From Desulfomonilia bacterium (GTDB lineage: Bacteria > Desulfobacterota > Desulfomonilia > UBA1062): 64,000 bases of DNA. Positions 57,748 through 64,000 of the stretch are shown piece after piece (positions within the stretch are counted from its first letter, which is position 1; each line of letters begins with the position of its first letter). The notes under the pieces are model-generated. The model saw nothing but the letters and a program-made list of their open reading frames with translations, made no database searches and was not told where the DNA came from. The stretch spans positions 120,519 through 184,518 of the forward strand of contig JBEKDT010000009.1 of the NCBI GenBank assembly GCA_050014195.1, written 5' to 3'. Made by a program: the position numbers and the translations under genes.

Positions 57748-58486
57748 GGAGCAGAAGCTCAACCCCAAGATACGGGGCAAGATCATAGGCGAATTTGCAC
57801 CGCTCATTAAGTACATCGCAAGCCGTATTGCAATACGCCTGCCCCCCCATATCGATCTCAATGATCTCATCAATGCAGGCGTCATAGGTCTGATCGATGC
57901 TATCGAAAAATTTGACGCAGGCAAGCAGATCAAGTTCAAGACCTATGCGGAATTCAGAATCAGAGGGGCTATCCTTGATGAACTGAGATCCATGGACTGG
58001 GTCCCCAGGTCTGTACGGCAGAAGGCCCGCAAGATTGAAGATGCATATGCAAGACTGGAATACGTCCTAGGAAGACCCGCCAGTGACGAAGAAGTGGCAA
58101 GAGAGATGGACATCGATATGGAATCGTTCTACCGGCTCCTGTCCGAGACTGCATCGGTCTCCCTGCTCAGTCTGGACGACCTTGGCGAAGACGATACCGA
58201 CCTATCCAAGCGCAACCTTCTGGAATATATCATCCAGGATGAGAAAGACTGGCCTTCACACAAGATTCGCTATGCCGAGGTCGGTACCATGGTGGCAAAG
58301 GCTATCCAGTCGTTGCCGGAAAAGGAGCGCATGGTGATATCGCTGTATTACTACGATGAGCTGACCATGAAGGAGATCGGACATGTCTTGAAATTTACCG
58401 AGTCGCGGGTCTCCCAGATTCATACAAAGGCGATTCTTAGGCTGCGCTCAAAGATGCAAAAGATCCTTAAAGAGATCAGCATGTAA
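57716..58486 (+). CDS. fliA: RNA polymerase sigma28 factor FliA
   Basis: [23 protein letters not shown]. Confidence 0.96.
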   Translation: MQDIVYTELTEEQKLNPKIRGKIIGEFAPLIKYIASRIAIRLPPHIDLNDLINAGVIGLIDAIEKFDAGKQIKFKTYAEFRIRGAILDELRSMDWVPRSVRQKARKIEDAYARLEYVLGRPASDEEVAREMDIDMESFYRLLSETASVSLLSLDDLGEDDTDLSKRNLLEYIIQDEKDWPSHKIRYAEVGTMVAKAIQSLPEKERMVISLYYYDELTMKEIGHVLKFTESRVSQIHTKAILRLRSKMQKILKEISM

Positions 58487-58511
58487 AGATTTATCATGGA
58501 AGATACGATGA
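58484..58511 (+). promoter_or_regulatory. Sigma28-type promoter upstream of cheY
   Basis: TAAAG-N15-TACGATGA overlapping the fliA stop codon. Confidence 0.55.
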
Positions 58512-58542
58512 GAACGTAAAGGTACTCGGACTGGAGGTATCC

Positions 58543-58926
58543 ATGACACTCGACAAGAATATGAAGATCCTCGTAGTTGATGACTTTTCCACCATGCGCA
58601 GGATCGTGAAGAACATCCTTCGGCAGCTTAATTTTATCAACATTATCGAAGCCGATGACGGGTCAACCGCCCTTGAGGTACTCCAGAGGGACAAGGTTGA
58701 TTTGGTAGTCTCAGATTGGAACATGCCGAAGATGACCGGCCTGGAGCTCTTAAAGGCTGTCCGTACCGACGACGCCCTCAAACACATACCTTTTCTGATG
58801 GTTACGGCCGAGGCTCAACAGGAGAACATCATAGAGGCGGTGAAATCCGGTGTGAGCAACTATATCGTCAAACCCTTCACCGCCGAGACACTCAGCCAGA
58901 AGATCAATCAGATATTCAGCAAATAG
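58543..58926 (+). CDS. cheY: Chemotaxis response regulator CheY
   Basis: [27 protein letters not shown]. Confidence 0.96.
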   Translation: MTLDKNMKILVVDDFSTMRRIVKNILRQLNFINIIEADDGSTALEVLQRDKVDLVVSDWNMPKMTGLELLKAVRTDDALKHIPFLMVTAEAQQENIIEAVKSGVSNYIVKPFTAETLSQKINQIFSK

Positions 58927-58935
58927 GAAAAAAGC

Positions 58936-59538
58936 ATGGCGGACCAACCGGGAAGAAAGGCAGACCTCGATAAGGACGGCATCATCCTCCAGGATGTCGG
59001 CAAGGCCGAGCTCGATAAGGACGGAATAGCCCTGGAGATTGAGGAATCGCCTGGACCTGCCAAAGAAGAAGGGACTACGCCCGATAAGGGACCCGAGGAA
59101 CATTCCGCTCCGAAAAAACGACTGCCCCTCATGGCCCTCGTAGGAGCAGCAGGACTTCTGGTGCTCATCGCGGCCGTTGGGCTTTTTCTTTACCATGGGC
59201 ACCATAAGGCGCCCCAAAAGACTGTGCATATGATTCAGCCGCAACGGGAGTCCCCCTTCGGCCCTGATGGAATGGTACTGGACCCGTTTATGGTACTCTA
59301 TGAAACGAATACACCGAAGAAGTTCGGTGTTCTTTTAGCACAGGTCAGCCTCAAGATCGACCCTTCCATGATTACCACGGTTGAGAGCAAATTGTTTGAT
59401 ATCAGGGGCATCATCTACAAGAGACTGGTTGCAGCAGCGAGCGTTTACTCACAGACCGAGATCACCTTGATGCTCTCGGATGATCTTATTGATTATCCGA
59501 TACAGGAAGTGGCGTTTGTCCAGTACAGTGCAAAATAA
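58936..59538 (+). CDS. FliL-like single-TM protein
   Basis: Acidic N-terminus, TM helix, LDPFMV motif; flagellar context. Confidence 0.6.
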   Translation: MADQPGRKADLDKDGIILQDVGKAELDKDGIALEIEESPGPAKEEGTTPDKGPEEHSAPKKRLPLMALVGAAGLLVLIAAVGLFLYHGHHKAPQKTVHMIQPQRESPFGPDGMVLDPFMVLYETNTPKKFGVLLAQVSLKIDPSMITTVESKLFDIRGIIYKRLVAAASVYSQTEITLMLSDDLIDYPIQEVAFVQYSAK

Positions 59539-59597
59539 ATTCTTGATGTGAGCTGATATTGGGTATCATGCAATTTTTTTAAGGTACAGAGGGCGGC

Positions 59598-61505
59598 ATG
59601 AATTATTCACAGATAGACGCACTGATGAAGTCCGATGACTCCTCTGACCGCCGCATGGCGGCCTCCATGCTCGCCGAGGTCGGCAATGATCCGGAGGCCA
59701 TCGAGCGTCTTGTCGAATTGCTGAAAGATACAAATGGCGGGGTCAGGGACGCCTCACAAAGCGCACTTATGTTCCTGGGCGGACGCTATACCGTCGAAAA
59801 GGTCGTACCGTTCGTTGCCGAGATTGACCCTGGCTTGCGTAATGCCGCCATCGACATCTTAAGGAAAATCGGTGATGACGGGATCGATGTCCTTCATACG
59901 CTTGCAGTGGATAAGAACGACGATATCAGGCTCTTTGTGCTCGACATCTTAGGTACCATAGGCAACCCCGAAAGCGTGGATGTGCTTATCGGAGCTCTCA
60001 AGGACCCAAACCCCAACGTACGTAATGCAGCAGTAGTCTCTTTAGGTCTGTTGGGGCACCCAAAGGCCTTCGCGTATCTCAAGCCATTGATCGAAGACGA
60101 AGAGTGGATCAGATTCTCCACCATCGAGGCACTCTCCCAGATACCCCATGAGAATACCCCGGGTTTCCTCCTTGAGCAGCTCGATCGCTGGTCTCATGAT
60201 GAACTCATGGTATCGGCGCTGTTGGAAACCATGGGTAAGATCAGGCCCAAGCAGTGCGTGAGCGCATTGATCCTCATGCTCGAGTATACAAATGCATATA
60301 TCGAGACAGAGATCGTAAAGGCCTTGCTGAAGATCATCTCCCCCGACGAGATCGCTTTACTGCCTCCCCAGGATGCACACATCATCAAGTCCATCATCGA
60401 TATGCATCTACTCGATGTCGATGACGAGCTGCTTTTTGATATGCTCGCGGTACTCTCCCGCATCGGAGATCATGCGAGCGTGATGGCTATGATCGAGCTT
60501 GTCCGCAACACAGACCCCGACGTACATCCTGAACGTATCTTATCTGTAACAGATGCCCTACGCCGTATCAGCGACATTAAGGCCATGGTCAAGCTCTTGG
60601 ATTCTGAAGACAAGCTCAAGATCCTTGCTGCAAACGTCCTTGCCAAGATCGGCAAGGCCCAAGGCGCGCGAGCGATATGTGAGAGGATCTTCTCCTCCCA
60701 GGGTCATGTGAAGAGGGCCATGACCGATGCCTTGGCCGCTATTGGAGGCGCATCTTTACGTGAGACTTTCCATGCTCTCCTCAATGATCCGGACGGACAT
60801 GTCATATCATCATCCCTCTATGCGCTTGGGAGAAACGGGGATACGGATGACATCAGCGTGATGGAGCCGTTCTTAAATCATAAATATCCGGACGTGCGCG
60901 AGGTTACCATCCAATCAATCGTCCTGATCGGGACGGTACATGCTGAAGATGTATTCATGCTCATGACCAAAGATGTTGATCCCAGTAAGCGCATCGTGGG
61001 ATTAAACGGTCTTGAGCGCATGATAAGTCCCCGTCTTCATGAAGCTGCAGATGTACTGCTCAGAGATGATAACTGGGAGGTAAGAGCAGCTGCCGTCAAT
61101 GTCATTCGGAATAAAGATCTCCCCATTAATACCGGCACGCTCAAGGCACTGCTTTCTGATGAGCATGAGCAGATACGTTACACCGCTCTGGATATTGCCG
61201 GGTTGAAGAAGGTGAAAGAGCTGAGGACGTGTCTCGAGGATGCCATCACCGGCCAGGACATGTGGGCGGCATCTCATGCCATTGAGGCCTTAGGTCGGTT
61301 CAAAGATGAGCAAGCCAAGGCAAAACTCCTGAATCTATTAACATGCGGATCAGACTTCCTGAGGATCTCCGCAGTGAAGACTATTGCCGGGTGGGAAGAG
61401 GAGGCTCTGGCCGCAGAGCTTGAACCGTATCTTGATGACCCGAACCCGGATGTGGCGCGGGCCATCGTGGATGCCATCGACAGGCTTCAGGAGGTGAGCT
61501 TCTAA
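59598..61505 (+). CDS. HEAT-repeat (PBS lyase-like) protein
   Basis: Many L.D....VR..A...LG repeats along the whole length. Confidence 0.9.
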   Translation: MNYSQIDALMKSDDSSDRRMAASMLAEVGNDPEAIERLVELLKDTNGGVRDASQSALMFLGGRYTVEKVVPFVAEIDPGLRNAAIDILRKIGDDGIDVLHTLAVDKNDDIRLFVLDILGTIGNPESVDVLIGALKDPNPNVRNAAVVSLGLLGHPKAFAYLKPLIEDEEWIRFSTIEALSQIPHENTPGFLLEQLDRWSHDELMVSALLETMGKIRPKQCVSALILMLEYTNAYIETEIVKALLKIISPDEIALLPPQDAHIIKSIIDMHLLDVDDELLFDMLAVLSRIGDHASVMAMIELVRNTDPDVHPERILSVTDALRRISDIKAMVKLLDSEDKLKILAANVLAKIGKAQGARAICERIFSSQGHVKRAMTDALAAIGGASLRETFHALLNDPDGHVISSSLYALGRNGDTDDISVMEPFLNHKYPDVREVTIQSIVLIGTVHAEDVFMLMTKDVDPSKRIVGLNGLERMISPRLHEAADVLLRDDNWEVRAAAVNVIRNKDLPINTGTLKALLSDEHEQIRYTALDIAGLKKVKELRTCLEDAITGQDMWAASHAIEALGRFKDEQAKAKLLNLLTCGSDFLRISAVKTIAGWEEEALAAELEPYLDDPNPDVARAIVDAIDRLQEVSF

Positions 61506-61507
61506 AG

Positions 61508-62410
61508 ATGCAAGCCCACATTCTCGATCGTATAAAAAACATCGAAGACCTCCCCACGCTTCCGTCTGTGGCATTAGAGGTCTTGAGCCTGGCACATCAG
61601 ACCGACGTATCCATCCAGAGCATTGCCGAGTGCATACACAGGGACCCCCCCCTGGCCACCAAGGTGTTGAGGATGTCAAATTCGGCTTTCTATCGAAGGG
61701 GAGACCGGAGGATAGAGACCCTTCACCACGCCATCATCTTTCTGGGATTGGCAGAGATCATCAACATCACCACCTCACTGTCGGTATTTTCCGCCCTCAA
61801 ATCGCGCAAGGCCCAAGAGGTCTCCATCAGGGAAAACTTCTGGGACCACAGCGTGGCCACCGGCCTGATTGCGAGGTACATCGACAAGAAGCTCTCTATG
61901 AGGTCCATGGGCCGCGAGTTCGTAGCCGGTCTGCTGCACGATATCGGCAAGATCATCCTCGACCAGTACTTCCATGAAGAATTCATGGCAGCCTATAACA
62001 TGTCCTTGGACAAGGACATGTCCATGTACAAGACCGAGATGGAGGTCTGTGGGACGAACCATATGGAGGTCGGTTATTATGTGGCCAAGAAATGGAACCT
62101 CCCCGACTATCTTGGAGATGTGATCCTGTGGCACCATCAGCCGTCCCAGGCGGCACACCGGGACATCGCTGCGCTCATCTCCATTGCGAATCTCCTGGCA
62201 AAGGCCAAGGAGATGTCCTGCGGGGGCGACAGGATGTCATTCATCCTCTCGGATGAAGAGGCATGGCAGGTCTTAAAAGAGAGGGGTTATGCAGTTGAAG
62301 CCCTTGATATAGAGCGGATAACGTTCGAGATGGAGACTATCGGTGATCAGGTGAAGCACTACATCGACACGGTCATGGAGCCTGTAGGGGCGGAGAAAGC
62401 CAATGGATGA
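61508..62410 (+). CDS. HDOD domain protein
   Basis: LPTLP, DPPLATKVLRMSNS, FWDHS, GLLHDIGK, WNLP. Confidence 0.92.
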   Translation: MQAHILDRIKNIEDLPTLPSVALEVLSLAHQTDVSIQSIAECIHRDPPLATKVLRMSNSAFYRRGDRRIETLHHAIIFLGLAEIINITTSLSVFSALKSRKAQEVSIRENFWDHSVATGLIARYIDKKLSMRSMGREFVAGLLHDIGKIILDQYFHEEFMAAYNMSLDKDMSMYKTEMEVCGTNHMEVGYYVAKKWNLPDYLGDVILWHHQPSQAAHRDIAALISIANLLAKAKEMSCGGDRMSFILSDEEAWQVLKERGYAVEALDIERITFEMETIGDQVKHYIDTVMEPVGAEKANG

Positions 62411-63263
62411 GAGTCTAAGCGGCACATGTCCGAAGATGACCGATGAGACCTTCATCCTGTTGAGGGACTTCATCTACGAACAATCAGGCATCTACTTTGC
62501 CGACAATAAAAAGGGCCAGCTTGAAAATAGGCTTGCTATGAGATTGAAGGCCAACAATCTCTTAGATTATGATAAATATTACTACCTGCTCAAGTATGAT
62601 CCCCAGGCAGCCAGGGAGCTGAGGGCACTGTTTGACTCGGTCACCACGAATGAGACCAGTTTTTTCAGGAGCCCGCCACAGATCCAGGCGTTCCAGGAGA
62701 AGGTGCTGCCCGAGATCATCACCCGTAAAAATAAACAGCAAGACCGCATGATCCGTTTCTGGTCGGCCGGGTGCTCCACCGGCGAGGAACCATACACCAT
62801 GGGCATAGTGATCAGGCAGGTCTTAAACGACAAGCACTCAAACTGGGACATCAAAATCGTTGCAAGCGACATCAGTGAAAAGGCGCTCCGTTCTGCCAAA
62901 GCCGCCATGTACAGCGACTATTCGCTGAGGGCGGTGGCGCCTGAGGTCAAACAGTCATTCTTCACACCGGACGGGAACTCCTATCGCATCATCGAGGATA
63001 TCCGTAACCTGGTGGATCTCCAGTACCTCAACCTCAATGACGCCAAGCGGGTCCAGATCATGAAGGGCTTTGACGTTATCTTCTGCAGAAACGTGCTCAT
63101 CTACTTCGATGATGAAGCCAGGAAGCGATTCGTGTCACAGCTCTACGACAGCCTCAATCACGGTGGTTATCTCTTCATCGGCCACTCTGAATCTTTGCAC
63201 AACATTTCACGGGCATTCAAGTTGGTCCATTTCCCTGGTGCCCTGGGGTATAAGAAGGAATAG
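62403..63263 (+). CDS. cheR: Chemotaxis methyltransferase CheR
   Basis: TTNETSFFR, WSAGCSTGEEPY, FCRNVLIYF, IGHSESL. Confidence 0.95.
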   Translation: MDESLSGTCPKMTDETFILLRDFIYEQSGIYFADNKKGQLENRLAMRLKANNLLDYDKYYYLLKYDPQAARELRALFDSVTTNETSFFRSPPQIQAFQEKVLPEIITRKNKQQDRMIRFWSAGCSTGEEPYTMGIVIRQVLNDKHSNWDIKIVASDISEKALRSAKAAMYSDYSLRAVAPEVKQSFFTPDGNSYRIIEDIRNLVDLQYLNLNDAKRVQIMKGFDVIFCRNVLIYFDDEARKRFVSQLYDSLNHGGYLFIGHSESLHNISRAFKLVHFPGALGYKKE

Positions 63264-63277
63264 GGGGGGTCTTATTT

Positions 63278-63652
63278 ATGGCTACAATCCTGATTGTTGA
63301 TGACTCAAGCACGGTGAGGAAGTTCCTCGCACATACTTTAAAGACCAAGAACTTCCGGTGCATTGAGGCCTCGGACGGCTTCGACGCCCTGGAAAAACTG
63401 GCTCAGAATCCGGAGATTAGGCTCATCATCTGCGATTTGAACATGCCCAACATGGATGGCATTGAATTCATCAGCACAGTGAGAAATGATCCTCTCTATA
63501 TAGATCTCCCCATCATCATGCTCACCACCGATGGCACACCGGAGAATAAAAAGCTCGCCTATGATACCGGGGCGAATCTCTACCTTGTAAAGCCGTCACC
63601 TGCGCACATCATCCTGTTCAAGGTGCAGAGCCTTCTTCAGGCAGACCAGTAA
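63278..63652 (+). CDS. Single-domain CheY-like response regulator
   Basis: VDDSSTVR, DLNMPNMDG, MLTT, YLVKP. Confidence 0.9.
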   Translation: MATILIVDDSSTVRKFLAHTLKTKNFRCIEASDGFDALEKLAQNPEIRLIICDLNMPNMDGIEFISTVRNDPLYIDLPIIMLTTDGTPENKKLAYDTGANLYLVKPSPAHIILFKVQSLLQADQ

Positions 63653-63776
63653 AGTCATCCGGACCCGATCCCCTAGACCTGCCCAAGTCTCTGTTCCGAT
63701 CTTCCGACCATTACCAAAAAGAGTGCAATCCATGCCTGCGAGTATACCCTGCTTTTGCATATAAGAGATTGATTCT

Positions 63777-63799
63777 GTAGGAGCGGCTTTAAGCCGCGA
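63777..63799 (+). repeat. GTAG-family REP-like palindrome
   Basis: GTAGGAGCGGCTTTAAGCCGCGA: GTAG tetramer followed by a GCGGCT/AGCCGC stem. Confidence 0.65.
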
Positions 63800-63843
63800 C
63801 GGCCTGGTTTTTCTTCTATCCTGGCCTCTCGCCATGTGCTTCA

Positions 63844-63873
63844 TTACTTTCTTTTGGTGCCAAAAGAAAGTAA
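63844..63873. repeat. Perfect 14-bp inverted repeat
   Basis: TTACTTTCTTTTGG-TG-CCAAAAGAAAGTAA, followed by CAAAGAAAAG. Confidence 0.8.
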
Positions 63874-63889
63874 CAAAGAAAAGGCACCC

Positions 63890-64000
63890 GGTACAGTCTA
63901 TAGACATAGGTGACACTTTCGTAAAGAGACATGGGTAACACTTTTTTTGGGGTATGAGTGCCTTGAAGAAGGAGGTTCCCATGCCCTGGCTAGAGGTGAG
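63890..64000 (+). mobile_element. Left end of an IS481-family insertion sequence, truncated by the window edge
   Basis: Subterminal direct repeats AGACATAGGTGACACTTT (63902) and AGACATGGGTAACACTTT (63927), then an AAGGAGG RBS and an ORF start. Confidence 0.7.
63981..64000 (+). CDS. Start of a probable IS481-family transposase (partial)
   Basis: ATGCCCTGGCTAGAGGTG = MPWLEV, a start I recall as typical of IS481-group transposases; only 6 full codons visible. Confidence 0.6.

Noticed and set aside
63596-63982. 128-aa minus-strand ORF
   Set aside because: It spans the REP, the palindrome and the IS end, overlaps the CheY-like gene antisense, and has no protein-like features.
1-64000. CRISPR array, rRNA or prophage genes
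   Set aside because: No regularly spaced repeats, rRNA-like sequence or phage structural genes seen.

Overview
Chromosomal segment of a bacterium whose gene content and order point to the former Deltaproteobacteria (Desulfobacterota, possibly syntroph-like). This placement is inferred, not proven. Most of the window is housekeeping and motility: map-hisG-hisI, lpdA, pfk, valS-birA, type IV pilus operons pilBTC and ftsB-pilMNOPQ, ftsH-folP-acpS-tsaE-lysC-cimA, tRNA-Lys and tRNA-Glu, a MenK-type methyltransferase, a divergent second dnaA, glgA, mtaB, a PolX-PHP, a PAS kinase with a sigma54 activator, and the flhB-flhA-flhF-flhG-fliA-cheY-fliL-HEAT-HDOD-cheR-cheY cluster. An IS481-family element begins at the right edge. 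Best candidates for new biology: (1) a foreign-looking Ser/Thr kinase plus DUF5677/HEPN-like gene pair with integron-cassette-like ends beside tRNA-Glu, a possible anti-phage system; (2) a PopZ/RomR-C-like acidic scaffold protein upstream of valS; (3) a recurring sigma28-type promoter in front of both pilus operons, pfk and cheY; (4) a non-canonical DnaA paralogue with candidate variant boxes. All family assignments come from motif recognition by eye; no database searches were run.
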